Shown piece after piece: positions 1 through 11,069 of a stretch of 64,000 bases of DNA; positions within the stretch are counted from its first letter, which is position 1, and every line of letters begins with the position of its first letter. Position numbers and translations under genes: made by a program. Source of the DNA: Salisapilia sapeloensis CBS 127946 (Eukaryota; Protista; Oomycota); contig JAADVB010000017.1 in assembly GCA_023334545.1 (NCBI GenBank), forward strand, positions 62,001 to 126,000. The letters are read 5' to 3'. Below the pieces are notes generated by a model that did not search any database, was not told where the DNA came from, and worked only from the letters and a program-made list of their open reading frames with translations.

Positions 1-90
1 CGATGATCCTGTCGTGATTTTACTTCGAAAGCGAATTGCATTGCTAGAAGCAGCTTTAGAACACTTAAACTCGAATGAAGAAACTGGTGT

Positions 91-3000
91 CTATATTGTC
101 GGTTTGTTCTGCCAGAACAGACTTTGCTTTTCATTTTCTTGAACAGCGCTAATCTCCTTTCGTGAAAGGCTTTGCTTGACATGTGGCGTAAGAATATTTG
201 TCGTCGTTGGAAAGAAGAAATCTTTAGGTCTATGTGTATCAACGTCCTTTGCAAGGAAAGCTGACTTATCCGTCGGTCGCAACCTTGATGCGAACATTGC
301 GTGAACGCATCCTTCATACTCTTGTTGGGAAAGAATGGAAGCTGGAGCATTGGTAAGTGGCACTCGTTTTCCACTGGGAAGAATGGCGTTCTTGACGATA
401 CGAAGAGGTTTAGATCGTGGAGATCCGGAGAGCATACCATTTAATCGATCGATCTGAGACGGCTTTGCTCGTGGTTGACTGCAAATATTACCATGAGCTA
501 CAAATCGTAGCTGAGACTTGTCTACAACCAGCTTCCGTTCCCACTCTTCCTCCTCACGTTTCAAAGCTTCATCCATCTCTTGCTGAAGTCCGTCTCCACA
601 GAGGTGGACACTACGGAAGTACTCTTCATTTACCGTTCCGTCTGCATTTGTACCACCAAAAACCATGTCTTTTGACGGTAGTGTACTAAATGGAGCAATA
701 CCGCGTGCATCCGCCTCTCCTCCTCTTTCAATCGGTTTCGGATGATTTTCATTTTCGACAAACGGTTGTCGTAGATCTTCGCAGCGTGCAGCGCTAGGTG
801 CAAGTGGATGCTTGTAGTATTCATCTGGTTGCCTAGGTGCAGGATAGATAAAGCCTTTTGGAGTAGTCCATCTCTTTTTGTTAGCTGCTTCCTCCTCTTG
901 TCGAATTTCTTCCGGGTTGACAAGACTGAGTGTCTGTGAATGGAAATCTTGACTGTATGTGTAAATGCCATGCAGATCTTTACCAAGCCGCTTCCTCATC
1001 TCGTCCTGAAGCACGTCTTGAGTCTGGTAGTACGTAAAAGTGATAAGTGGTAACTCTTAAATAAAAAGTTGAAAATTACTTACTCGAAGTTTCTGGTTGC
1101 TATACATGTAAACTTGTGTTGGAGGTGATTTTAGCAGTTCAGCTTCTTCTTCAGCTTTTTTCTTTTCATACTCTTTTCGAACGCGCTCAGATTCCTTTCT
1201 GTAGAGCAAAACGGCTTGTAAGAAGACCATGTTACTGGTAACTAATTCAAAAGAGTTACCGTCGAGCTTGAAGATAATCGTTGACGGCACGCTCCCGAAC
1301 AAATTCTTCATATGCATCATTACGAGAGTCCGTAGGAGCTTTATACTTCTTCTCTCGGTTTCTCCCTCTTCTTCGCTTAACAGTTTCCAAGCTACTGGAT
1401 GCTTTCAATCCATTCGTAGTTGTTATTGTGCTCTTGCCACTCGTGCTAGTTCCGTAGACACCGAATCGATCTTCTGGCCTCAATTCGCATCCGTATTGAC
1501 GATCCATCTCTTCAAGCATATACGCAGATGGGAACAAGTTCATTTGTTGCATGGTCTTTAGTGAATATACATGAAGAATATCCTGCAATTTGATAATGGA
1601 TTCACAAGAGTCCGCTGAAACCTTCGATCGGACGTAGATCTCCGGCATACTTGCTAAAGTGGAAATCGTTTCCTTTAACTTTATACACTTCACTTGCGGA
1701 CCAAAGATATTGTAGAGACGACGGGTGAATCGAATTTGATGGTCTGACGAAAGCTGTACAGAGTCATCACTGTTTTGTAATGCAGTCGTGAGCGCTTCGT
1801 TTAATCGATGCATTCCCTTGTCAGCCAGACCTTCCAATATAAAGATACGCTTATCTTTGTCAACGAGTTGAGTGCCTGTGATTATATCTAGCGCTCCATT
1901 ACTACTCGCAGTCATTTCCTCCTCTGTTAGTTGGTAAGCGAGCAAATCTTGGTCTGGAAGCGCCTCTGCGTTAATGCTGCCAACAGTATCAATGACTACA
2001 CTAACGCAGATATCATCCCTAAAAGGAGTTACAAGTACGATGCGAGAAAAAGGCCCTTGTGCAGTAGTCGTGATAGCAGTGCTTTTGTCACGTGCTTCAT
2101 CAGATTTGGTCTGTAAGTCTGCTATGGGAGAATATAAAGTGACACGCATTGACAATGTCGTTCCCTTCGACAAATACCCGCCTGGTTCCCGTATCATGCG
2201 TTCTATCGGTGTCACCGTGGCATTTCCAGCTTTAATTTGGGCACGGATAGCTACTACACTACTGGAAAGCTTAATGTCAAGATATGGTTTCCCTGACTTT
2301 GCCTGCTGCAAATACATTCCAGTCCACTGTCTTGCCTAACTTGCCAAAACAACGGTTATCACTTCATCCAATTTATAGCTAGCAGACAATCTCACCGTAT
2401 TAAGGAGTTCGTCTAGGCGGAAATGAGCTTTGCCATGAGAATAACGATACCCAGCAGACTGGACAAGCGATATATAGTCGGCTTTCGCAATTGCATCCAC
2501 TGTAGGTAGATCAATCGGATGCATATCCTTCTTTGGAGGAGGATCTATCTCGCTACTATCATCGATGGGCTCCTCTACACAATCTGGATCGATGCCAGTC
2601 GTATGCAAGCTTTCCCATTTGTGTTGCAGCTTTTGAATGCTATCCAAGTCTTTCGGGTCACGATCGTGCAGCTCGATTGCCAAAGGATTGTTTTGAAGTG
2701 CATCAATGAGCTCGTGGTAATTGTAACTTGCGCACAAAAGCACGACAGTATACTTCCAAACGACATCTTCTCCTTGGCGAAGTTCTGGACTAACAGCAAT
2801 CCGGATAGATCTATTGGTATCAGCACTTTCATCCAGTCGCCTTCGTACATCAGGAAGGCACTGAAAGAAGACGTATGTAGGTCTACAATGTGTGTGCAAG
2901 ACACTGTGGACATTTAGACCTTGATTTGCTACTCCAGGGAGTCGGCGAGCTGCTTTAATTGTAAAGGTCATGGGATTTAGTTTTGTCTTAAGCTCCGGCG

Positions 3001-3544
3001 TAAGCATTGGCTGGTCAACGACTACACTCACTGCAATCGAATCTAGTCCGGCTAATGCCTCGGTGGGGGGAAATATATTTCGACTTGAACGCGTAGCATC
3101 CACACCAATATGAGAAGAGTTTTCGCTTTGAAAGGACCATGCTTGTTCCGTTGAGAGGTTACCGCTCAGAAGACTGCTTAGGTCCATGAGATATAGGCCA
3201 GCATAATTACTGTCAGGAACCCCGCTTTTAGCGCCTTGAGTTTGATACAAAAAGATAGCCAGCATCGGATCTCGATCCATTGACAGAGCAAATTCCTCGT
3301 TGACTAAGATTTCAGGAAACGAGTGTTCAAACGAATAGACTTTTGTCTCGCTAGACTCCATCTCAGAACTACTGTCTTCTGATGCAGTCACTACATTCCA
3401 GCTTTTAGCTGTGCCGATCACAGGAGTTTGTACCTTGCTACCGTCCACAAAGCGGAAGCGGAACCCTGTTGGTACGATAGACTGCACATCAGCTTGTGCC
3501 GTGATGCGTACCATGAACTTGCATTTGTTACCAGCATCAGCCAT
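91..3544 (-). CDS. CFAP92: CFAP92/FAP92 (KIAA1257)-like cilia/flagella-associated protein, 4 exons, ~1090 aa
   Basis: Four ORF-track segments join in frame through GT-AG introns 2336-2395 (60 nt), 1199-1259 (61 nt) and 1024-1083 (60 nt). Exons 2396-3544, 1260-2335, 1084-1198 and 91-1023 total 3273 nt. Motifs LNPMTFTIKAARRLP, IELHDRD and KKRWTTPKGFIYP resemble the CFAP92 family as I recall it. Confidence 0.7.
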
Positions 3545-3691
3545 GATATCAAGAACTACGGAATGATGTCCAAATGGAGCATACGCTGCTACCTTGGATC
3601 TAAAAATAAGATAAAAAAGTTGTTTTAAGCTAAAGCATTTCTACGCTATTGCTCCAAGAGTCTCCTCTGGACTGCAGGTGGATCAATCGAG

Positions 3692-4258
3692 ATGCCAGTC
3701 TGTTCCTATGAATCCCACCGTGAATTCGCTGGGCGAGCATACGACGTCGAGCTATACGATATCGGCACAAGTGGCATTTCTGTAAAAGTCCATCCTACAT
3801 CGAAAGATGGATCAGAAGCTCTACCACACTTTACTAGAGTGTTTTCTCCGCAAGAACTCGATGCCGCCCAAGTGCATAGAACGCTTGGAGGCTACATTAT
3901 GCTGGTCGAATCCTTGGAGCTTGTGGAGGACACTTACTTTACAGGAGAAGATGCTGTCTCGTACGGAATGAATGAACTTCAAGCTTATCGATTGGCATCG
4001 ACGCTTGTAGGTATGAAGATGCCACCACCTCTAGTTTCAAAGTATTCCGCTTCAGCTTATCTGACTCGAGTGCCCGTCGGATTGAGCACTTGGAACCAGC
4101 CGACTTCGCCGGACGAACATCAACGTCTTGTAGATGTCCTAACGAAAGGATTGGCCGAACTTTGTCGAGAGAAACCTGCAGGACTATCGGCCGTGTCGTG
4201 GTTGGGCAATTGGTTACTGGACAACAATCCGAGCCAGCCGAGAGTGCAAACGGAGTAA
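3692..4258 (+). CDS. 188-aa protein with a C-terminal Dpy-30/RIIa-like dimerisation motif
   Basis: Single ORF from ATG. The C-terminus LVDVLTKGLAELCREKPAGLSAVSWLGNWLLDNNP matches the Dpy-30 helical motif. The N-terminal part is unassigned. Confidence 0.75.
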   Translation: MPVCSYESHREFAGRAYDVELYDIGTSGISVKVHPTSKDGSEALPHFTRVFSPQELDAAQVHRTLGGYIMLVESLELVEDTYFTGEDAVSYGMNELQAYRLASTLVGMKMPPPLVSKYSASAYLTRVPVGLSTWNQPTSPDEHQRLVDVLTKGLAELCREKPAGLSAVSWLGNWLLDNNPSQPRVQTE

Positions 4259-4383
4259 ATTACGGAGGCAAGAGCATAGTATCATTCGGAATGTAGCAAG
4301 AGTTATAGAAAGTTAGCGTTCGTTTCTCGTTATTAGTTCGATAGTAGAGTCGAAGCGACGCAGCGTGTTCAGTCGGAAAAGTA

Positions 4384-4883
4384 TGACGGACGATTTACAA
4401 TCTTCTGAGGAGCTTGCGTTTGTCGCTGAAGAAGTAGATCGGGTCATTGTATCGGCGATCGAATCTTGTCTCAAGGACGAAGTTTACGACGAAGCCTGCG
4501 TGGCGCAATGGGTCGATACCATCTGCGAGGCGGTCACGAAGGGACTAAGTGATATGCGCAAGCCTTTAAAGTACTTTGGTGAGTAGATTGCTTGCAAAGT
4601 CATTAATAAATCCATCAAGTATTAATGACCATACATGATCGTGACAGTATCTTGCTTGATCATGCAAAAGAACGGCGCCGGTCTTCACTCGGCACTCTCC
4701 TGTCACTGGGATTCGGCATTAGATGGTAGTTTGAATCTTATATAAAGCTATAAGTACGATATTAACACCTTAGTTCGATACATGTCTCCAGGAGCTCACG
4801 TTGTGAAGTGGCCGAGTGACAAGCACAAGGACCAGAATCGATCCATGTATTGCATCCTCACAGTCGGTGGACTCAGTTTCTAA
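4384..4883 (+). CDS. DYNLT1: Tctex-1 family dynein light chain, 3 exons
   Basis: Exons 4384-4578, 4648-4725 and 4792-4883, with introns 4579-4647 and 4726-4791 (GT..AG). Spliced product contains [28 protein letters not shown] and MYCILTV, typical of Tctex-1. Confidence 0.9.
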
Positions 4884-5004
4884 GGCATCGATATAAATAC
4901 CCTAGGTTATCCATTCGTTTCATTCTTGAGGAAAGTAGCTTGTCAACAACAATAACGGTTGCTCATACTCGAGCTTTTTTTGCTTCCGATACTCGTCTCT
5001 GTAG

Positions 5005-5478
5005 CCTCTGACGATCCACCTCATCATCGCTAGAGCTGATTTAAATTTTTACAAGGCAGAAGAGCCTGGTACTTCTCTTAACAGCTCGGAGGTCTTCATC
5101 TCAGCAAATCAAGAATCATCGACGGACGTGGATGGAAACATGACAAATCAGCAAGCTATAGAAGACACTCTATCGCCGTCAAGACGGAAACCTGGTTTGG
5201 ACTCAAAGTATACCTCTGTATCTAAAGACCATCATCTGGCTACTTCCCACCTCGGACCGACTGACAATCAAATACCATCCAGCTCACGGCAGACGAGGCT
5301 GGACGATGCATCGACATACATCACCGACGCGAACTTACAATCTTCCGTCGTAGAGCTGCACCAAAAATGCCAAGCGTGTATCCGTTCTTGTGAACAGCAA
5401 CTTCAAAGACGGCAGGCGAATCTAAATCGTCGACCTCTGCCTTTCGCACGAAAGGAATCCAATCAAGAGAGCAACTAA
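5005..5478 (+). CDS. Possible small uncharacterised protein or terminal exon
   Basis: The frame is open from just after a ctgtAG at 5004 to a stop at 5478, and the C-terminus is coiled-coil-like (VVELHQKCQACIRSCEQQLQRRQ). No upstream exon or homology recognised. Confidence 0.3.
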   Translation, partial: PLTIHLIIARADLNFYKAEEPGTSLNSSEVFISANQESSTDVDGNMTNQQAIEDTLSPSRRKPGLDSKYTSVSKDHHLATSHLGPTDNQIPSSSRQTRLDDASTYITDANLQSSVVELHQKCQACIRSCEQQLQRRQANLNRRPLPFARKESNQESN

Positions 5479-5621
5479 AAGTTCTGATCGACTCGATCGA
5501 ATTCATAGCAACCATCCATGTAGACGACATTATTCACGTGTTACTTTTGTTTAATATACTTGGGCCTATCTACCAGTGGCTGTATGAGGTGATGTGATGG
5601 GAAAAAGTATGGCCTCCAATT

Positions 5622-6494
5622 CTATCGGAATGCAGGTCCGGCCCATGACTGTCGATCACCAAGGCCATTGTTCCAGTCGAATGCACCTCGGATACCTCGC
5701 ATCGCATCCGTGCGTCGACGTCTTGGTAGCAAGCTCCGTTTCTGCTTGGTCGTTTCTGGTTCAAAGCTCTTACGGTCTGGAAGCGTCTTGGTGCTACTAG
5801 CGTAGCTCGACTCGTCGTCTGACGCGTCGAATGAAAATGTAACGCTCTTCCTTCCGTCGCGTCCTGCGCGTTCTCGCTGTGGATATGTCATGGACACGGC
5901 TCTCCGGCGTCCTCCCGACGACGTTTTAATCGCAGGATGTCGAGGAAGTGCTTCCAGTCGTTGATTCGATGCTGGTTGTCTCGGGTCCGATGCTCCTTTC
6001 TCGGCTTTGGACATATTTACACTTTCGTACCCTTCATCTTCCGACTCGGTCGCTGAGTCTCCAATGGGGCGTAGTTTGTTAACGGCCTGCACTGATTCAA
6101 AAGCAAATCCTCCTTTCGGCGATTGGTTCTCAGAGATGTGCTCCTGATTCTCAGATGCGATACCACCTTTTGCTTGGTGTTCATCCGTGCGTATTCTTGT
6201 ATGTGACTCCTGTTCTCGTGTCGACTGTTTAGTTTGTTCTGCAGAGTCTTCTACTACCGGTGCTGCTGCACAGGAATAAAAGCCTTTGGCATACTGACTT
6301 CGATGGCCAGCGATGATACGGTAGATGACAATACTAGCGACACATAGTATCGTATAATGGATGGGGATGACGATTAAAATCTTGATGCACACGATAGATG
6401 TAGTGACGAGAATCCCGAGCAATAGTACAACGGATAGACCGAGCACTAGTAAACTCATCTTGTGCTTCCTTGTGCCAATTCGTAAATGGCCCAC
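5622..6494 (-). CDS. Uncharacterised membrane-anchored protein (N-terminal hydrophobic helices, disordered basic/Ser-rich tail)
   Basis: 290-aa ORF from ATG with about 50 hydrophobic residues at the N-terminus followed by a polar low-complexity region. Confidence 0.6.
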   Translation of the reverse strand: MGHLRIGTRKHKMSLLVLGLSVVLLLGILVTTSIVCIKILIVIPIHYTILCVASIVIYRIIAGHRSQYAKGFYSCAAAPVVEDSAEQTKQSTREQESHTRIRTDEHQAKGGIASENQEHISENQSPKGGFAFESVQAVNKLRPIGDSATESEDEGYESVNMSKAEKGASDPRQPASNQRLEALPRHPAIKTSSGGRRRAVSMTYPQRERAGRDGRKSVTFSFDASDDESSYASSTKTLPDRKSFEPETTKQKRSLLPRRRRTDAMRGIRGAFDWNNGLGDRQSWAGPAFR

Positions 6495-6898
6495 GCCGTT
6501 CCCCTTTTTTGATGCACCTCGAGCCCCGTTTATGCATGTGTCCCATATTAGTCACAGCTGGTAAGAAGCCAGCTGGTTTAGGTCTTTAGGTAGTCGGCTC
6601 TATCTTTACCTCGCACAAAATGCTCTGGTACTTTGTATTTATAGGCACGCTTGTCTCTGCCTCTTCCAACCACAGGATACCGTTTCAGGCACTCCGATGT
6701 GCTCTTTGTAAAGAAGATACACGACGGTCTCACGTTTTAAAAAGCTGATCAGATAGATGTCACAAGAACTTGTAATGATTGCATGGATTTCTAGTAGCAT
6801 CAGAGATGGTAAGCAAGAAGGGAAAGGAGATTCGGAGCTTTATGTATACCCTTCTCCATGCTAGATACCACTAGGGTTGACTAAAAGATCCAATTAAA

Positions 6899-6930
6899 GA
6901 AAAGAAAAGGAAAGAAAAGGAAAGAGAGAT
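6899..6930 (+). repeat. Short polypurine tandem repeat (aaagaaaagg)x2 in the intergenic region 3' of annexin
   Basis: Sequence gaaaagaaaaggaaagaaaaggaaagagaga is directly visible. Confidence 0.5.
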
Positions 6931-6987
6931 ATCATGGCATCGGTTACGAGTAGAAAAAATGCATTGGGTTGCTACGTGAAGGTGCGC

Positions 6988-7944
6988 TTAAACACTGTCG
7001 TACACTTCCAAGAGAAGGTCGCAGTAGGCGCCGCTCGTGTCACCGTCGATGCGATCACGCAGCGACTTTCCATACTTTTTCTCATATGCTTCCGAGATCT
7101 CAGGCAAGACACAGAGGTAACGGACGAGTGAAGCACTCAAAGCGTTTTCATCCGTCCCGAGGTTCTTCATCGTCTTTTCAAAGTGCTCGGCAAGTAGATC
7201 CAATGGCTCCAACGTCATGCGGACGAGGAAGAGCAACGCATCCTCCGTATCACGATGGAACTCCTTCTCGACAGCACGAGCAATCGAGTGTCCGTGCTTT
7301 TGCTCATACAGCACATTCACGTTGCGCATGTGTTGCGGTGGCATGCTCAAGCACAGTTCAATGAACTTGTCTTCATCCGTTCCAAAGTGGGCTTCACCAG
7401 CTTCGTACAGCGCTTCAGCGTCCGCCTCGGCCTTCTCGTCCGTGTGCTCTTCTGGGTTGAACTCCGGGACACCACCACGGATGGATCCAAGGATAACTTT
7501 TTCCAAGTCTCCCGAGAATTCGCTTTCCATGCGCTCATCCAGCTCCTTTTCAAAGTTCTTCTTGTATGCATCCTTGAGCATCTCCATCTCAGCACGCGTA
7601 CGTCCGACGAGCACAGGGTAAATGTACTTTTCACGCGTGCCCATGCCTTTCGATGCATGGTGCAAGATTTCCGCCTCGGCGTCCGGGAGCGGCATGCACA
7701 GGAGCTTGAGCAAGTAACGGAAGTCCCCGTGCGTCTCATCCTGGATCTCGTCCTTGAGCTCTTTGCCAAAGATTTCCTTGTAATGGACCGAGATCAAGTA
7801 GCGTTCATTTGGCGTCTTTGGGCCGAGAATGGACGTGAGAATCTCTTTCTTCGAGCCTTCACCAGCACACGCGTCTTTGATTTTCTCACACGCACGTTGG
7901 ATCTTGTACGAGTCGTGGCAGCTAGGTGGGTAGAGGTTGAGCAT
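6988..7944 (-). CDS. Annexin (4 repeats), intronless
   Basis: 318-aa ORF with four annexin repeats (GEGSKKE, GMGTREK, HFGTDED, NLGTDEN) and the typical DETHGDF / SEFSGDL / GDTSGAY helix ends. Confidence 0.93.
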   Translation of the reverse strand: MLNLYPPSCHDSYKIQRACEKIKDACAGEGSKKEILTSILGPKTPNERYLISVHYKEIFGKELKDEIQDETHGDFRYLLKLLCMPLPDAEAEILHHASKGMGTREKYIYPVLVGRTRAEMEMLKDAYKKNFEKELDERMESEFSGDLEKVILGSIRGGVPEFNPEEHTDEKAEADAEALYEAGEAHFGTDEDKFIELCLSMPPQHMRNVNVLYEQKHGHSIARAVEKEFHRDTEDALLFLVRMTLEPLDLLAEHFEKTMKNLGTDENALSASLVRYLCVLPEISEAYEKKYGKSLRDRIDGDTSGAYCDLLLEVYDSV

Positions 7945-8217
7945 CTTGTGATGTTGGAGGTGAATTGGATTGTGTGCTCCGGAAGAAGATCGCGATCTGG
8001 ATTCCTCTCTCTCTTGCGATCCATACGTTGGGTGGATACTACGACAACACTCGCCTATCTACAACTTATGCAAGAGAAACGACAGCAGCAAAAGATATTG
8101 GATGTATATGCAGTAAGTAGGAATCAGACAAATCCTATGGAATTAGGCACGTTCGTGCACATGCTATCCACGTGCTGAACGCTTATTTTCATATCTTTTG
8201 TCTGAGCAGTAGAGAAA

Positions 8218-9255
8218 CTAGACTGCATGGTCGTACAGAACGAGGAGTAGATGCTGGTAATCTCGTCTCGTTGTTCCCTCGATACGATCTCGAAGAGATT
8301 CCTCATACAGTTCTTCATATGCCGCAGCAATGGAGCTAAGCATCGGCTGGTACCGGACGATGGCTTCACTTAAAGCACGTTCGTCCGTGGTGATGCCGCT
8401 CATGGTATCGTGGAAATGCTCTGCCAAGAGCTTGTGTGGTTCGAGTACGAGTCGAATGTGGAAACTTAGAGCTGCTTGAGCGTTTCCAGAAAACTCGTTC
8501 TCGACAGCATCCACGAGCGAGTTCCCAGTCTTATCCACATATGCAGCGTTCAGCGTTTCGATGTACTTGGACGGACTACGGAGGCAAATACGAATGAAAG
8601 TGGCTTCGTCCGTACCCATCCGTCCTTCACCAGCGTCGTATAAGGCAGCTGCATCGTTCTCAGCTTGTTCAGACGTGTGGTAGGACTCGTCAAAGTCTTC
8701 TTTCGCGCCTTGCAATGCTGCCATGATGACTTTATGGTAGTCTCCCGACAATTTCTTGTCCATTCGAGCCGACAAGTCTGAATTGTACTTGTCATAGTAC
8801 TCGCGACGAAGGATAGCTAGCTCTTCATTCGTTCTTCCCATCAACACCTATAGTTCATCATTACGAGAGGGAAGTAGGATAGGAGGATGGGAGCAACGTA
8901 CCGGATAAATGCATTTTTCTCGCTTATGAAATGTTTTCGTAAAATGGTGCAAAATCTTCGCTTCGGATTGAGGCAATGGCGTGGAAATGAGACGTAAGAG
9001 GTATCGATAATACCCCGACGTCTCACTGCGGATTTCTGCCTTGAGTTCACGCTTAAACGCTTTTTCGTAGAAGACGGCGATCATATACCGCTCGTCCTGG
9101 GACTTGGACCCGAGTGTTTCACTCAGCATGCTTTCATTCGTTCCTGGTCCTCTACAAGCTTCATATACTTGCTCAATCGTGATATTCACGTCCACTGGGA
9201 TGTTCGTATCGCCACTCTTGTGCAGATCATGGGCCGAGGCTGGGTAGAGCTCCAT
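8218..9255 (-). CDS. Annexin (tandem paralog), 2 exons
   Basis: Intron 8848-8901 (54 nt, GTacgt..ctatAG) joins CIYP to VLMGRT. Repeats are GPGTNES, TFHKREK (degenerate), RMGTDEA and GITTDER. ATG 9255 (MELYP) aligns with MLNLYP of the neighbour; ATG 9288 is an alternative start. Confidence 0.9.
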
Positions 9256-9441
9256 TTGCGCAATATCGCTATTCAGAAATGAACCCACAATTTCGGTGGG
9301 TAAATTTTTTCATATAACAGACGATTTGATTACTAATATAAAAATGTATGTCTCACCACTCATCGACTTTTGTTATAATTGATACCACGAAGCGAAAATA
9401 TATGATCAAATCTCTATATCAGGTGGCATTCTATAGACAGT

Positions 9442-11007
9442 TTGCTACAACACGAAATGGACTCGAGTCGAGAGGGAGCTGTACGCGGCCGGAAGGGCGT
9501 ACAAGATGCTCCTCTTCCTACTCCTGTAAAAGAAGAAGAGTATGATGAGGATGATTACTCGCATGCAAAGCCTACAGACTCTTTGGACGTGTCTTCTCGC
9601 TTCATGAATGCCTGTCGAAGTGTCCAGACGTGGTTCGGATCCATGCGTGTGCAGTTTGGCGATGCTTTACTCTTACAGATCTTTTTCGTCTACTTTACCC
9701 AAGGCATTCGGAGCACCTTGTGCTCTCTAGGCACAAGTTACTACCTAAATGAAACACTAGCGCTAGCTCCTTGGCAAAGTGAGGCGCTGCGAGGTACAGC
9801 AGCCATCCCATGGATCATCAAACCTGTCTATGGCATGCTCTCGGACAGTGTTCCTCTATTCGGTACTCGTCGCAAGTCCTATCTTTTAATCTTCAGTGCC
9901 GTCTCCTGTGCTGCCTACTTTGCGCTCTCCTTGCCCAATTTTATCACGACATACCAAGGCGCGCTCATCGCACTCGTGATTGCAAGTCTCGGTATCGCCT
10001 TCTGCGACGTTGTCATCGATGGGAAGGTTGTAGAGGCCGCTCGTGACGAGAAGGAGGACATGGCAGGCAACCTCCAATCTCTTTCTTGGCTGTCTTTATC
10101 AGTAGGCAGTGTCCTCGGCTCAGCGGTCTCAGGCTCGACATTGAACGCCTTTGGACCTCGAGGCGTCTTCTTCATATCTGCGTTAGGTCCCTTGTGTGTT
10201 GTTTTCATTTCCGCTCGTTTACATGAAGAGCCATACCGAGCATCCGGCGATGGCTTCGTCTCGACAGTCGTCGGGCAGTGCAAAGCTCTCGCGCAAGTGG
10301 TCGTGGATCCCATTTGCTGGCGTCCCATGGGATGGATTTTCCTCTCCAATGCTCTCCCGCCAAGTCTTAACGAGGCTATGTTCAGCTTTAAAACGAACGA
10401 GCTACAGTTCACCAAATCTTTCCTCGGCTTATTGTCTACTGTCGGGAGCGTCACGTTGCTCGGTACCACGGCGGTGTACAATGCATACTTTAAGGACATG
10501 CCTTTCCGATCCATGTTCTTCCGTATCCAACTCGCATCTGCCCTCGTTTCCTTCGCAGAGCTCGTCCTTGTCTCAAGATGGAACGTCGCATTCGGCATTG
10601 ACGACCATTTTTTCATCTTTGGCGACGAGATCCTATCGGATGTTGTGGCGAGACTCAAGCACATGCCGTCTCTCGTCCTAAGTGCCAAGATTTGTCCGCC
10701 AGGCATTGAAGGTACGATGTTTGCTCTGCTCATGTCGATCTACAACTTTTCTTGGTCCGTCGCTTCCTACGGTGGCTCGTGGCTGTGCAACTACTTGGAC
10801 ATCACCAAAACCGACTTCCTCGGTCTGCCATTCGCCATCACTTTACGTAGTGCTGCAAAGCTCTTCCCTCTCTTGCTTCTGTTTATGGTTCCTGCATCCA
10901 CAAGTATTCGTAGTACTGTCAGTAAAGATGAGTATGACGTCGAGTCTACAACCGATACGGACAGTCTCGTCTCGAAACAAGAAGGCAAGGACGAAGAGAT
11001 CGTGTAA
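9442..11007 (+). CDS. Folate-biopterin transporter (BT1 family, MFS)
   Basis: 521-aa ORF with about 12 TM helices. Motifs IPWIIKPVYGMLSDSVPLFGTRRKSYL and AKICPPGIEGTMFALLMS are diagnostic of BT1. Confidence 0.92.
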   Translation: MLQHEMDSSREGAVRGRKGVQDAPLPTPVKEEEYDEDDYSHAKPTDSLDVSSRFMNACRSVQTWFGSMRVQFGDALLLQIFFVYFTQGIRSTLCSLGTSYYLNETLALAPWQSEALRGTAAIPWIIKPVYGMLSDSVPLFGTRRKSYLLIFSAVSCAAYFALSLPNFITTYQGALIALVIASLGIAFCDVVIDGKVVEAARDEKEDMAGNLQSLSWLSLSVGSVLGSAVSGSTLNAFGPRGVFFISALGPLCVVFISARLHEEPYRASGDGFVSTVVGQCKALAQVVVDPICWRPMGWIFLSNALPPSLNEAMFSFKTNELQFTKSFLGLLSTVGSVTLLGTTAVYNAYFKDMPFRSMFFRIQLASALVSFAELVLVSRWNVAFGIDDHFFIFGDEILSDVVARLKHMPSLVLSAKICPPGIEGTMFALLMSIYNFSWSVASYGGSWLCNYLDITKTDFLGLPFAITLRSAAKLFPLLLLFMVPASTSIRSTVSKDEYDVESTTDTDSLVSKQEGKDEEIV

Positions 11008-11069
11008 GACAAGAGGAATTTGTTTTGGATTGAAAATCAAGCACTTGTAGTGTCTACATTGTACCCTGT

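Noticed and set aside
7255-8178. 307-aa + strand ORF opposite the annexin
   Set aside because: Antisense shadow of a clear annexin; its composition is the mirror of the sense codons.
9915-10733. 272-aa - strand ORF inside the BT1 transporter, plus similar nested ORFs in ABCF3, the Ca-ATPase, 33172-33783 and PRP4
   Set aside because: All are fully contained antisense or alternative-frame ORFs within well-supported genes, with no motifs.
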